DNA of 63,005 nt from an uncultured Bdellovibrionales bacterium (GTDB lineage Bacteria > Patescibacteriota > Minisyncoccia > Moranbacterales > DUUL01), in NCBI GenBank assembly GCA_964421125.1, contig CAYQVD010000006.1, positions 1 to 63,005 on the forward strand. The letters are read 5' to 3'. Below are positions 28,280 through 38,657 of the stretch, piece after piece. The notes below the pieces were generated by a model. The model was not told where the DNA came from. It did not search any database and worked only from the letters and a program-made list of their open reading frames with translations. The number at the start of each line of letters is the position of its first letter. Positions within the stretch are counted from its first letter, which is position 1. A program made the position numbers and the translations under genes.

Positions 28280-29932
28280 ATGCTTGATGATTCTATAGTG
28301 CAAAAAAGTGGTTCCGAAGTGGACTGGGATAATATTGTGATATCGAAAGAAGTTATTTCTTCAATTCCTTTAGAGTCAGTTGAAAAATATGGATTTATTC
28401 CTTTTCGGTTAAAGGGTAATTTTGTTGATGTAGCCATTTTAGATTTTGAAGATATTAATGCTCAGAATGCAATTCAATTTTATTCTAGGAAAAATGAAAA
28501 GAAGATAAGAGTTTTTAATGTGACTGAAGATGTATTCAATAATCTTCTTAAGAAAGTTAAGAATCCTGAGGTTGAGATTGGGAAGGCTCTTCGTGATCTA
28601 GAAGAAAGTGCTAAGGAGGAAAAGGAAGGGGGAAAAATTACAGCAACTCTAAGAAAGAAACAGGACTTAAATACAATAATTCAAGATGCTCCAGTGGCAA
28701 AGATGGTGGAAGTTATTTTAAAAAATGCTATTGATGGGAAAGCTTCTGATATTCATATAGAACCAGTTGAAGATAATGTTAGGGTTCGTTATCGAGTTGA
28801 CGGGGTTTTGCATAGTAGTATTTTTTTACCTCAAAAAGTTGGTCCGGCTATTGTTTCAAGAATAAAAATTTTAGCTAATCTTAAGATTGATGAAAAAAGA
28901 AAACCACAGGATGGCCGTTTCCGAATAAATGATTTAGATGAAATGATTGATTTTCGTGTTTCTACTTTCCCGGTTGCTCATGGAGAAAAAGTGGTTATGC
29001 GTATTTTGGATAAAAATGAAGGATTAGTCAGTTTAGATGATCTTGGTTTGCGTGGCGATGAACTCGAGAAAGTTAAAAGAATTATTCAGGAGCCATTTGG
29101 GATCGTTCTTGTAACTGGACCAACTGGTTCAGGTAAATCAACAACTCTTTATTCAATTTTAAATATTTTAAATAAGGAGGGTGTTAACATAGTAACACTG
29201 GAGGATCCAGTTGAGTACATGGTGGATGGAGTAAGTCAATCTCAAATTAAACCTGAAATTGATTACACTTTTGCTTCTGGGCTTCGAAGTGTTCTTCGTC
29301 AGGATCCAGATGTTATTATGGTCGGGGAGATACGTGATTCAGAAACAGCCGAACTTGCTATTCATGCGGCATTGACTGGCCATTTAGTGCTTTCTACTCT
29401 TCATACCAATGATTCAATTGGAGCAATTCCAAGATTGATTGATATGGGAATTCAACCATTTTTACTTTCTTCTGCGCTTAAACTTGTTGTTGGTCAAAGA
29501 TTGGTAAGAAAGATTTGTGAAGAATGTCGAACAGAAAAAGAGGCTGTTCCATCGGAAATTAAGAAAATCATAAGTCATGAACTTAAGGGTTTGTCACTGG
29601 AAGAACTCAAGAAATTTGGAGTAAGTTCATTAAATGATAACGAGGATTACAAGCTTTATTATGGAAAAGGATGTAATAAGTGCTTGAAGAGTGGAATGAA
29701 AGGAAGGATTGGAATTTTTGAAACTTTAGAGATTGATCATGTTTTAGCTAGAGCAATCGATCAAGATATTGCAAGGGGGGACATTGAAACGATTGGTAGA
29801 AAAAATGGTTTTACAACAATGAAGCAAGATGGTATAATTAAATCATTACAGGGATTGACTACTTTTGAAGAAATACAAAGAGTTACAGAAGATGATAGTG
29901 GTGATGAAGTAATTCAAGCTAAGGGGGCTTAA
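28280..29932 (+). CDS. pilB: Type IV pilus extension ATPase (GspE/PilB family)
   Basis: Walker A GPTGSGKST, Asp box, Walker B/His box LSTLHTND, and the tetracysteine CEEC...CNKC motif. Confidence 0.9.
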   Translation: MLDDSIVQKSGSEVDWDNIVISKEVISSIPLESVEKYGFIPFRLKGNFVDVAILDFEDINAQNAIQFYSRKNEKKIRVFNVTEDVFNNLLKKVKNPEVEIGKALRDLEESAKEEKEGGKITATLRKKQDLNTIIQDAPVAKMVEVILKNAIDGKASDIHIEPVEDNVRVRYRVDGVLHSSIFLPQKVGPAIVSRIKILANLKIDEKRKPQDGRFRINDLDEMIDFRVSTFPVAHGEKVVMRILDKNEGLVSLDDLGLRGDELEKVKRIIQEPFGIVLVTGPTGSGKSTTLYSILNILNKEGVNIVTLEDPVEYMVDGVSQSQIKPEIDYTFASGLRSVLRQDPDVIMVGEIRDSETAELAIHAALTGHLVLSTLHTNDSIGAIPRLIDMGIQPFLLSSALKLVVGQRLVRKICEECRTEKEAVPSEIKKIISHELKGLSLEELKKFGVSSLNDNEDYKLYYGKGCNKCLKSGMKGRIGIFETLEIDHVLARAIDQDIARGDIETIGRKNGFTTMKQDGIIKSLQGLTTFEEIQRVTEDDSGDEVIQAKGA

Positions 29933-29952
29933 AATTGATAATATAAATTTCA

Positions 29953-30339
29953 ATGGATAAAAAACAGAAAAAAATATTAATTGTAGAAGATGACCTTTTT
30001 ATATCAGAGGTTTATTTTACTAAACTTTCTTCTGAGGGATTTGACGTGATACTTGCCGATAATGGAGAAGAAGCATTAATGAGATTTGATCAAGTGAGTC
30101 CAGATGTTGTTTTGTTGGATATTTTGATGCCAAAAATGGATGGATGGGAAGTTTTAAAAAAGATTTATCAAAAAAAGCGAGGAAAAAAAGCAATTATTAT
30201 CATGCTAACTAATGTTGGGGATAAGGATTCAATTGAGAAGGCCTTGAAGGTTGGCGCGGATGATTATTTTATAAAATCATTTTTTACTCCAGAAGAAGTG
30301 GTAGTCAAAATTAGAAAACTTCTTGAAAAAAATAAATAG
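29953..30339 (+). CDS. Stand-alone response regulator receiver domain
   Basis: ILIVEDD, phospho-acceptor context VVLLDILMPKMDG, and a conserved K near FIKSF. Confidence 0.85.
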   Translation: MDKKQKKILIVEDDLFISEVYFTKLSSEGFDVILADNGEEALMRFDQVSPDVVLLDILMPKMDGWEVLKKIYQKKRGKKAIIIMLTNVGDKDSIEKALKVGADDYFIKSFFTPEEVVVKIRKLLEKNK

Positions 30340-30368
30340 AAATATAAATACATAGAAAAGCAAAAATA

Positions 30369-31448
30369 ATGAAAGAAAGTCAGTTTATTCAGAAAGTGAA
30401 AAAATATTTAAATTTAGTTGTAAGTCAGGATGGTTCGGATTTGCATCTTTCTGCAGGAAATTATCCTGCTATTCGAATTGACAGTAAGCTAAAGCAATTA
30501 AAAGAGGAGGACGTGATTGCTAAAAGTGATATGGAGATATTAGCTCAAGATTTTTTAAATGAAGAAAGACTTAAGAAACTTGATAATAACAGACAAGTTG
30601 ATTTTTCAATTGAAATTGGTGATAATGTCCGTTTTCGGGTGAATATGTTTTATCAAAAAGGAGCCCTTAGTTTTTGTGCTCGATTAATTCCATGTGAAGT
30701 TAAAAGTCTTAAGGAATTAGGGGTTTCTGAAAATGTCTATGAGTTTGCAGATTGTCATCAAGGATTATTTTTAGTGGTTGGTCCGAATGGTCATGGAAAA
30801 ACTACGACAATTGCTTCATTAATAGACTATGTTAATCAACGAAAGGAACGGCACATTATTACAATTGAAGATCCTATAGAATATATTTTTAATTCTCAAC
30901 AAAGCTTGGTTGAGCAAAGAGAGATTTATGAAGATGCAGTTGATTTTCCAACTGCGTTAAAAGCTAGTTTTCGTGAAGATGTTGATATTGTTTTTGTTGG
31001 AGAAATGAGAGATCTTGAAACAATTTCAACTGCAATTACTGCTGCGGAAACTGGACATTTAATTTTTGGAACTCTTCATACTAATAATGCGACCCAAACT
31101 ATTGATCGAATTATTGATGTTTTCCCTGCTTATCAGCAAAATCAAATTAGATATCAACTTTCAACTGTTTTAACGGGTGTTGTTTCTCAACGTTTATTGC
31201 CGAAGGTTGGAGGAGGAAGAATTCCTGCGATTGAAATAATGAAATGTAATAATGCAATTGCAAATTTAATAAGACAAAATCAAACTCATCAAATCGGTGT
31301 CGTAATGGAGACATCGTTGGATGATGGCATGATTAGTATTAATAGGTCCTTGGCTAATCTTGTTAGCGAGGGACAAGTTTCACTTGAAGATGCAGAAGGA
31401 TTTGCTACTGACAGTAATGCTTTTAAAATGTTTCTAGAATCAACGTAA
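30369..31448 (+). CDS. pilT: Type IV pilus retraction ATPase
   Basis: GPNGHGKTTT, IITIEDPIEY, GTLHTN and AIANLIR (PilT AIRNLIRE-like motif). Confidence 0.85.
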   Translation: MKESQFIQKVKKYLNLVVSQDGSDLHLSAGNYPAIRIDSKLKQLKEEDVIAKSDMEILAQDFLNEERLKKLDNNRQVDFSIEIGDNVRFRVNMFYQKGALSFCARLIPCEVKSLKELGVSENVYEFADCHQGLFLVVGPNGHGKTTTIASLIDYVNQRKERHIITIEDPIEYIFNSQQSLVEQREIYEDAVDFPTALKASFREDVDIVFVGEMRDLETISTAITAAETGHLIFGTLHTNNATQTIDRIIDVFPAYQQNQIRYQLSTVLTGVVSQRLLPKVGGGRIPAIEIMKCNNAIANLIRQNQTHQIGVVMETSLDDGMISINRSLANLVSEGQVSLEDAEGFATDSNAFKMFLEST

Positions 31449-31462
31449 TTTAATATAAAAAT

Positions 31463-32671
31463 ATGAGATTTAACTACAAAGCGAAAACTCCATCTGGGGA
31501 AATACAACAAGGTATGATAGACGCTAGCAGTAATAGAGCTGCTTTAGAACTTTTATTAAAAAAAGGACTTCATGTTTTGGAGTTGAAAAAGGCTCGAGAT
31601 AATGAACTTATTAACAGTTTACGAAAAATTTGGGAAGGCGTGAAACCGAAAGAATTTGTGCTTTTTTCTCGTCAGTTAGCTATTTTGATTGATGCTAAAG
31701 TTCCACTTTTAACGGCTCTTCAGACAATTGGAGATCAAACGTCGAATAGTTTTTTAGCTGCTAAAGTTCATGCAATAATGCATGATATTGACGGAGGATC
31801 TTCTCTTTCGGAGGCGCTTGCAAAACATCCAGATGTTTTTTCAAATTTTTACGTAAATATGGTAAAGGCAGGGGAGGCGTCAGGAACTTTACAGAAGATT
31901 CTGAATGATTTAGCTGATAATATTGAGAAAAACTATGAATTGACTGCTCGATTGAAAAGTGCAATGTATTATCCAGGGTTTATTCTTCTTACTATGGTTG
32001 TTACAGGTTTTATTGTGATGACTTTTGTGATGCCAAAACTTCTCACTTTGCTTGATGGAGCTGATGCAGCAACACTTCCAATTCAAACTAGAATAATTAT
32101 TTGGACAAGTGGATTTTTATCTAACTATTGGTGGGCTGTTTTAGTGATTTTTATCGCAGGTGGTGGGGCGTTGATTTATTATTCTAATACGGAAGATGGA
32201 AGAGCTGAATTTGATAGGATTGTATTGAAAATTCCTATTATTAATAAGATTTTGAATGATATATATGTGGCTCGTTTTTCAGAAAATCTTTCAACTCTTC
32301 TTCAGAGTGGACTTCCAATTACGACTTCTTTGATGATAACTTCTGATATTATTGGAAATGAAGTTTATCGAGAAGTGATTCGTGAGGCTGCGGAACATGT
32401 TAAGCGAGGAGAAAGCGTTGGAGATACTTTTGCTCGTTACGAGGTAATTCCTCCAATTGTGGTTCAAATAATTCAAGTAGGTGAAGCGTCGGGTAGAATT
32501 GATGCTGCTCTTGGAAAAATTACGGATTTTTATGTAAGAGAGGCTGATGTTATGGTAAAAAACTTTTCTGCTTTAATTGAGCCAATAATCATGATAATAC
32601 TAGCAGTAGGAGTGGGGATTCTTGTTTCAGCGGTGATGCTTCCGATTTATCAGGTTGCAACTTCAATGTAG
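31463..32671 (+). CDS. pilC: Type IV pilus platform protein (GspF/PilC family)
   Basis: 402 aa. Duplicated T2SSF domain organisation with three TM segments. Confidence 0.85.
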   Translation: MRFNYKAKTPSGEIQQGMIDASSNRAALELLLKKGLHVLELKKARDNELINSLRKIWEGVKPKEFVLFSRQLAILIDAKVPLLTALQTIGDQTSNSFLAAKVHAIMHDIDGGSSLSEALAKHPDVFSNFYVNMVKAGEASGTLQKILNDLADNIEKNYELTARLKSAMYYPGFILLTMVVTGFIVMTFVMPKLLTLLDGADAATLPIQTRIIIWTSGFLSNYWWAVLVIFIAGGGALIYYSNTEDGRAEFDRIVLKIPIINKILNDIYVARFSENLSTLLQSGLPITTSLMITSDIIGNEVYREVIREAAEHVKRGESVGDTFARYEVIPPIVVQIIQVGEASGRIDAALGKITDFYVREADVMVKNFSALIEPIIMIILAVGVGILVSAVMLPIYQVATSM

Positions 32672-32742
32672 ATTTTATTGGATATGTATAATTGGGATAT
32701 GATTTAGAGAAATTTATTAATAATGGGTTAAATTATATAAAA

Positions 32743-33237
32743 ATGATTAATAATAAAAATAGAAAAGCTGGGCGAAATGTTGTAGGCCTAGTTGGGCAGG
32801 GTTTTTCTCTTGTGGAGCTTATGTTGGTGGTGGCTGTAATTGGAATTTTGGCGGGGATTGTGACGGTTTCATTGAGTGGTCAACGAAACAGAGCGAATGA
32901 TACAAAAATTCTTGCAGAACTTTCAGCAACAATTCAGCCAATGTTAACTTGTTGGTCTGACGGGGAAAGTGTTTGGTTTCCTAGCCACAATGGATCTGCA
33001 GATATTTGCATTGGAGGAAATCCAGAGTATGGTCAGTGGCCTGTTATGGATAGTAATTATTTGTATGCTGATGGACTTCTTAGTGGTAATACTTATACTG
33101 GAGCTGATGATGTAGATTGGTCATTTTGGATTGAGGGGAGTACGGGTAGAATTTGTTGCAATAGAAAATATAAGCAATGCGTTAAGATTCCAACAGCAGA
33201 TAATTGCGATGCGGATACTGACTTAACTACTTATTAA
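32743..33237 (+). CDS. Prepilin-type protein (candidate major pilin)
   Basis: Class III signal G/FSLVELMLVVAVIGILAGI with Glu+5. The track ORF starts at TTG 32692; ATG 32743 gives a more typical leader. Cys-rich C-terminus. Confidence 0.75.
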   Translation: MINNKNRKAGRNVVGLVGQGFSLVELMLVVAVIGILAGIVTVSLSGQRNRANDTKILAELSATIQPMLTCWSDGESVWFPSHNGSADICIGGNPEYGQWPVMDSNYLYADGLLSGNTYTGADDVDWSFWIEGSTGRICCNRKYKQCVKIPTADNCDADTDLTTY

Positions 33238-33255
33238 TTTATTGAAAAGATTTAT

Positions 33256-34062
33256 ATGTGTTTGATGATTTTGCTTTTTTTCTTGATTGGTATTTGTTTT
33301 GGAAGTTTTGCAAATGTGATTGTTGATAGAACAGAAAATGGAAAAAATATAAATGGGAGGTCGAAGTGTGATTTTTGTGGATATCAATTGAAATGGTTTG
33401 ATAATATTCCAATAGTTAGTTTTTTGATATTGAAGGCAAAGTGCAGAAAGTGTCGCAAAAAACTTTCTTGGCAATATCCAGCAGTAGAATTGTTCACGGG
33501 AATTGTTTTCGCGATTTCGGCTTGGCAATTGGGAGTGAGTCAATTTTTTGAAAGCCCGTTGTTTCTTGTTAGCAGTTTATTGTTAATGATAACAGCATTT
33601 TTGTTTGTTTTGGTGATAGTCTGGGATTTGAAGTATATGATTATTCCCAACGAGCTTGTGATTGCAGGAATTGTTGTGACGATATTGATTTTTGGGATTC
33701 GATTTTTCATTGATCCTTGTGAAATTTTTGATTGGAATTGTTTTTGGGTTTCTGGGATTCTTGGTGCAGTAGTCATGACAGGATTCTTTTGGATTCTTTA
33801 TGCAGTTTCAAAGGGAAAGTGGATTGGAGGGGGAGATGTTAAGTTAGCAGTTTGGTTGGGATTATTGATTGGATTGAAGATGGTTTATCCAGCATTGATG
33901 ATTGCTTATATTGTTGGAGTAATTGTTGCAATATTTTTGATAATAAGAGGCAAGAAGGGAATGAAGTCACAATTGCCGTTTGGTCCGTTTTTGATTCTCG
34001 GGGCATATGTAGTAGTTTTTTTTCAAGATCAGCTCCAGGATTTTATTAGTATGTTTTTTTAA
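33256..34062 (+). CDS. pilD: Prepilin peptidase (A24 family)
   Basis: Polytopic membrane protein with an N-terminal CxxC...CxxC Zn motif and a GGGDVKL catalytic Asp context. Confidence 0.85.
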   Translation: MCLMILLFFLIGICFGSFANVIVDRTENGKNINGRSKCDFCGYQLKWFDNIPIVSFLILKAKCRKCRKKLSWQYPAVELFTGIVFAISAWQLGVSQFFESPLFLVSSLLLMITAFLFVLVIVWDLKYMIIPNELVIAGIVVTILIFGIRFFIDPCEIFDWNCFWVSGILGAVVMTGFFWILYAVSKGKWIGGGDVKLAVWLGLLIGLKMVYPALMIAYIVGVIVAIFLIIRGKKGMKSQLPFGPFLILGAYVVVFFQDQLQDFISMFF

Positions 34063-34121
34063 TAGCGTAATTAGTAATTTATAATTGGAGATTTGGGAAA
34101 ATTTATATACTAATTTGATTT

Positions 34122-34149
34122 CTGGATCCCCGCCTCCGCGGGGATGACA
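34122..34149. repeat. Palindromic repeat family copy
   Basis: ctGGATCCCCGC-ctcc-GCGGGGATgaca. Confidence 0.85.
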
Positions 34150-34170
34150 GAATTATCATAAAAGATAATA

Positions 34171-34725
34171 ATGAAAAAAATATTTAATAAAAAAAGGAGT
34201 AATAAAAGCAATCAAGGGTTCTCCTTGGTAGAGTTAATGGTGGCAGTTGCTTTGATTGGAATCTTGACTTCAATTATAATAACCACAGCACGCTTTTCTG
34301 AGACTCAAAAAAATCTAATGTTAGCGAAAAATGAACTTCAATCAGCGATAAGACTTGCTCAAAGTTACTCACTTTCAATTCCAGAGCAAGAGTCGGGGGG
34401 GGCAGTGGTTAATAATATGTGTGGCTTTGGTTTATATGTGATTGATTTGGGACATTATGCGGTTTATTACGTTCATGATAGTGATTTAAATGACCCTAAT
34501 ACTTGCGATGATTTGAAAGACCCATCTCATCTAACGGATTCACTAGAGAAGGTAAATCTTAACTCAACAAAAACAAAAATAACAATAGGTCCAGCTGGTA
34601 GCTATGTGTTTTTCGGAGCTCCTTACGGAAGGGTTTTGCAGGACGGGTCTTTCCAGTTGAATTCTACTGGCGGAAGTGGTTCTTCTGCGCAGATAACAGT
34701 TTCTTCTTCGGGGCAAATAAATTAA
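34171..34725 (+). CDS. Prepilin-type minor pilin
   Basis: QGFSLVELMVAVALIGILT N-terminal methylation motif. Confidence 0.75.
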   Translation: MKKIFNKKRSNKSNQGFSLVELMVAVALIGILTSIIITTARFSETQKNLMLAKNELQSAIRLAQSYSLSIPEQESGGAVVNNMCGFGLYVIDLGHYAVYYVHDSDLNDPNTCDDLKDPSHLTDSLEKVNLNSTKTKITIGPAGSYVFFGAPYGRVLQDGSFQLNSTGGSGSSAQITVSSSGQIN

Positions 34726-34746
34726 ATAATCTTATTTTTTAAAATT

Positions 34747-35310
34747 GTGAAATTTAATAAACAAAAAAAAACGAGAGTTTCTTCGAGTGTGAGCGGGTTT
34801 ACTTTAATTGAAATTCTTCTAGTTCTAGTTCTAGCGGGAGGAGTATTTTTGGCTCTTTATTCAATATTTGGAAAAACAATCTCTAATGACAATGAGAGTA
34901 AAAATGAAGTAATTGCTTCAAGTCTTGCTCAAGAGGGGGTTGAAATTATAAGAAATATTAGAGATGAAAATGAGTTAAATTCAGGTGCTACAAGTATGGC
35001 CGATGGGTTAAATGTTAGTCCTTGTCATCCTTCTGCTGATTTTTCTTCTGCTGATTTTTCTTGTAATACAAGAAGGGATTCTGTTGAAAAAGATGGGATA
35101 ACTGGTTTGTATCAAAATTGTCCTCCACTTGGATGTACGGCTGGTAATGAAACGGGTTTTTCAAGAATTTGTTATATAGACGATGCTAGTGTTGGTGGTG
35201 ATTCAACAGAGGCTTTTGCGGTTTCCTGTGAGGTTATGTGGACTAGTTTATCGGGGATTGAAAGAAAAGCAAGGGCAATGAATATTCTAACTAATTGGCA
35301 AGAGAATTAG
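34747..35310 (+). CDS. Prepilin-type minor pilin
   Basis: GTG start. SGFTLIEILLVLVLAGG motif. Confidence 0.7.
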   Translation: MKFNKQKKTRVSSSVSGFTLIEILLVLVLAGGVFLALYSIFGKTISNDNESKNEVIASSLAQEGVEIIRNIRDENELNSGATSMADGLNVSPCHPSADFSSADFSCNTRRDSVEKDGITGLYQNCPPLGCTAGNETGFSRICYIDDASVGGDSTEAFAVSCEVMWTSLSGIERKARAMNILTNWQEN

Positions 35311-35930
35311 ATTTGAATTTTGTAAATAAATATAAATTTAATAAAAAAGTGGTTAATAATAAAAAAAAGATAAAAAAAGTAAATCAAAACGGGTTTACTT
35401 TAGTAGAGATCTTAGTAGCAATGATGATTTTTGGAGCTATTGTTGGAGGGGTAGTTTTATTTGGAATTCGATCTATAGAGGCTCATACAAAATCACAGGC
35501 GATGCAAAATGCTCTCGAAAATGCTCGTTTTGCTATGGACTCGCTGAGCAGGCAAGCCAGGATAAGTAGTGGAATAAATCCGGCTGGTAAGAGTCAGGAA
35601 GTTTTTTTTATTGACAATGCTTCTGGTAATAGTTATTGCTATTTTTTTGATATGACTAATGGACCGGCTTTGAGAGTTATGATTGGAGATGGAACTGAAG
35701 TGGAATGTTCAGAAATAGTTTCTGCTGCTGAGGATGTAGTTGGAGATCATACTGATCCAAATTCAAAAATAGGAATATCTGGTTCATTTGATGTTAAAGA
35801 AACTGATTTAAACACTAATGAAAGAGGACTCCTTAGGGTAAACATGGAAGTTACCTATAATGGAGCACTCGGAGTTCAAGGAGCTGATTCTAGGACAATT
35901 CAATCAACGGTTTCCTTAAGAGACTACTAG
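35295..35930 (+). CDS. Prepilin-type minor pilin (start uncertain)
   Basis: NGFTLVEILVAMMIFGA motif. The TTG start at 35295 overlaps the upstream gene; an internal GTG at 35349 is an alternative. Confidence 0.65.
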   Translation: MARELDLNFVNKYKFNKKVVNNKKKIKKVNQNGFTLVEILVAMMIFGAIVGGVVLFGIRSIEAHTKSQAMQNALENARFAMDSLSRQARISSGINPAGKSQEVFFIDNASGNSYCYFFDMTNGPALRVMIGDGTEVECSEIVSAAEDVVGDHTDPNSKIGISGSFDVKETDLNTNERGLLRVNMEVTYNGALGVQGADSRTIQSTVSLRDY

Positions 35931-35998
35931 TTAGTTTTTAGTTGGTGGTTATTGGTAAATAGTTTGTGTTTTTTAGTTAGGAGTATTAAGAAATTTTT

Positions 35999-37372
35999 AT
36001 GAAAAATAAGATGCAAGAAAAAATAAATATTTGGAAAAATGAATCAGGTTCTGCTTTGATTTTGACTATGGTTATTTTAATTTCAGGAGTTTTAATCTTT
36101 TCATCAATTATTTCAGTTTCACTTATGCAAAGGTCAGCTAGTTCTAAGACAAGAAGCTCTACTGAGGCTCTTCAAATTGCTGATGGTTGCATTGAGTGGT
36201 CTTTGAAGCAATATTATGAAGCATCAGGTGTTAGAATCGATGAGGTAGGGGGAATCGATACGTCTAATGGGAATGTTTTCACTTGGGGACTTGCAGCAGA
36301 TTCTCTTCCACTTGCTATCAATATTGGAAGTGAAAGCTATGATGTAGATTGTAGTATTTATCTGGTTGATAGTTCGGGAGAGATAATGAATGATGATGCA
36401 AAAGATCTTAGTGAAGTTTCAGAGATCAGGGTTGTTGCTGGTGCTGGATTTGGTGAGGATCGGACAAGAAGAGCGGTACAAGTTGGATTGACGAGATCGG
36501 TTGTTTTTTCTGCTTCTGATGATGGTACCGTAAAGGCGATAAGTTCATCTGGCAATGAACTTTGGAGTTTTGAGGGTCATAGTGGTTCAGTCGGTCCTGT
36601 TGCAGTAGACGCTGATGGGTATGTGTATTCTGGAGGTAGTGATCATACTGTTAGAAAAATAAAGCCAGATGGTAGTGAGGATTGGAGTTTTCTGCTTGGC
36701 GGTAGTGTCTCTGGGGTTGCAGTGGATACTGATGGTAATGTTTATGCATCCACTGGTAGTGGTGATAATAAAGTTGTAAAAATAAGTCAAGATGGCAGTG
36801 TTCAACTTTGGGAGTTTACTCTACATACAGGAACCGTTAGTGATGTTGCCGTCGATGAAAATGGTAATGTTTATTCAAGTAGCTATGATAATACTGTTAG
36901 AAAACTAAGACCAGCTGATGGTAGTCAGGACTGGAGGTTTGATGGTTTTTCTAGTGATGTTAGACAAGTAGCAGTTGATTCCGATGGATATGTTTATGCA
37001 GGAGGAAGCAATAGAACTGTTAAGAAAATAAAGCCAGATGGTAGTGAGGATTGGACTTTTAGTGAACATTCTAGTTATATTTATGGACTTGCAGTAGATG
37101 CTGATGGCTATGTTTATTCTGGAAGTAGGGATGATAGTGTTAAAAAAATAAAACCAGATGGCTCTTCTTCTGATTGGACTTTTTCTCTTACAAACACTAT
37201 TCATGATGTTGTTGTGGATTCTGATGGATATGTTTATTCTGGTAGTGAGGATAATATTCTTAGAAAAATAAAGCCAGATGGTAGTGGTGAGGATTGGAGA
37301 TTTGAGGGTCATACGGGTAACGTTTCTGGAATTGCAGTTTCACCTGGATTAGAGGGAGCTGGATTTTGGTAA
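35999..37372 (+). CDS. PilX-like N-terminal anchor fused to an eight-repeat beta-propeller (PQQ/BamB-like); candidate pilus-associated adhesin
   Basis: N-terminus GSALILTMVILISGVLIF followed by about 8 copies of a ~40-aa unit (VAVDxDGYVYSGxxDxTVxKIKPDGSEDWxF). The DNA also carries near-identical repeats (aaaataaagccagatggtagtgaggattgga, three copies). Confidence 0.6.
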   Translation: MKNKMQEKINIWKNESGSALILTMVILISGVLIFSSIISVSLMQRSASSKTRSSTEALQIADGCIEWSLKQYYEASGVRIDEVGGIDTSNGNVFTWGLAADSLPLAINIGSESYDVDCSIYLVDSSGEIMNDDAKDLSEVSEIRVVAGAGFGEDRTRRAVQVGLTRSVVFSASDDGTVKAISSSGNELWSFEGHSGSVGPVAVDADGYVYSGGSDHTVRKIKPDGSEDWSFLLGGSVSGVAVDTDGNVYASTGSGDNKVVKISQDGSVQLWEFTLHTGTVSDVAVDENGNVYSSSYDNTVRKLRPADGSQDWRFDGFSSDVRQVAVDSDGYVYAGGSNRTVKKIKPDGSEDWTFSEHSSYIYGLAVDADGYVYSGSRDDSVKKIKPDGSSSDWTFSLTNTIHDVVVDSDGYVYSGSEDNILRKIKPDGSGEDWRFEGHTGNVSGIAVSPGLEGAGFW

Positions 37373-37462
37373 AAATTGTTAGTTAATTCAAGAGTTTTAA
37401 TTGCTTGGAAGATCAGAGTGCTTTCTTGCTAAAATATTAGATAAATAGAATTTGTTTATAAG

Positions 37463-37855
37463 ATGAAATATAATAAAAATAAAATAAATAAAAAGGGGTT
37501 CACTCTTGTTGAGATTCTTATGGTTATTGCGATTATTGGAATTTTAATGGGGGTGGTTTTGGTGAGCACATCTTCAGTTCGAGAAAGATCGGAGGTGAAC
37601 TCTTTAATGAAGACCATGGGAACGATTGTTCGTGCTGCAGGAGCTTGTGATGAGGTCGATTATATTAATCCTCCAAGTGGTTCGATTTGTGATTTGCCAG
37701 TGGGAGGAACTATTAATTATCCAGCATTAGATCCTAAATTAAGTAATAAGGGATATTCTTATGGTTGGAGTACTTCTCATATTCTCGTTGGATTGAAAGA
37801 TGGTTCAAATATTATATATTGTTATGTTGGAAGTGGGAGTTGTGAGAAGCTTTAG
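37463..37855 (+). CDS. Prepilin-type pilin
   Basis: KGFTLVEILMVIAIIGILMGV motif. 130 aa. Confidence 0.8.
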   Translation: MKYNKNKINKKGFTLVEILMVIAIIGILMGVVLVSTSSVRERSEVNSLMKTMGTIVRAAGACDEVDYINPPSGSICDLPVGGTINYPALDPKLSNKGYSYGWSTSHILVGLKDGSNIIYCYVGSGSCEKL

Positions 37856-37949
37856 ATTTTGGGGTTTAAGATTTAATTCGGAATTTATCGTTCTGAGTAT
37901 AATTAATTGCTTATTTAAAGTAAGAAAATAAAATAATGTTATTCTCCTA

Positions 37950-37977
37950 ATGGATTCCTGCCTCCGCAGGAATGACA
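37950..37977. repeat. Palindromic repeat family copy
   Basis: atGGATTCCTGC-ctcc-GCAGGAATgaca. Confidence 0.85.
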
Positions 37978-38108
37978 ATTAAAAAAGAAGTTTGTGAAAA
38001 TATGGAAAATTATTTGCTCAAATTTAAGGATTGGTATAGAATTTAGATAATGTTAATTGGATATAGAAATATAAATAATAAAAAAAAACTAGAAAGGTTG
38101 GTGAAAAA

Positions 38109-38510
38109 ATGAAAATAAATAATAAAGGTTTTACATTGATTGAGCTATTGGTAGTTATTGCTATCATTGGTATTTTAGCTGGAATTGTTTTGGTTAGTTT
38201 AGGTTCTGTTAGAGATAGAGCTAATGTTTCTTCTATGAAATCAACAATGGCTTCTGTCACAACAATAGCTAGTTTGTGTGCTAGTGAGGGAGGAACTGTA
38301 GGAACCCCTATTGTTCCAGGAACAACTCAGATTTGTAGTCTTACTGATGTAACTGAAATTTATCCAGTATTACCTACGAGTATAACTGATTATACGGGGT
38401 ATGCTTGGGGTGCTGCTACTGGAGCTGATGGAGGACCTGGGTTCGTTTCTGCTGGAGGAACGCCAGTTATTACGTGTACAATTAATACAGGAAGCTGTAT
38501 TACACCTTAG
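38109..38510 (+). CDS. Prepilin-type pilin
   Basis: KGFTLIELLVVIAIIGILAGIV motif. 133 aa. Confidence 0.8.
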   Translation: MKINNKGFTLIELLVVIAIIGILAGIVLVSLGSVRDRANVSSMKSTMASVTTIASLCASEGGTVGTPIVPGTTQICSLTDVTEIYPVLPTSITDYTGYAWGAATGADGGPGFVSAGGTPVITCTINTGSCITP

Positions 38511-38561
38511 GTTAAAGTTCTCATCCTACTTAAATACGCTATAGCGTATGGGAATTTTTCT

Positions 38562-38588
38562 AAAAATCGGCTGAAAGGCCGATTTTTG
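38562..38588 (+). terminator. Rho-independent terminator closing the pilin block
   Basis: aaaatcggc-tgaaag-gccgatttt with flanking A/T runs, so it could act in both directions. Confidence 0.7.
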
Positions 38589-38657
38589 GTAATTTGTGAA
38601 TTCGTAATTAGTAATTGGGGAGGGGCTTTGTTTTTATTTATAGTAAGGTGAGAAAAA

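Noticed and set aside
36358-37312. Several antisense ORFs (65-135 aa) inside the beta-propeller gene
   Set aside because: These are artefacts of the periodic repeat. The sense-strand ORF is continuous and has a pilin-like N-terminus and a coherent repeat structure.
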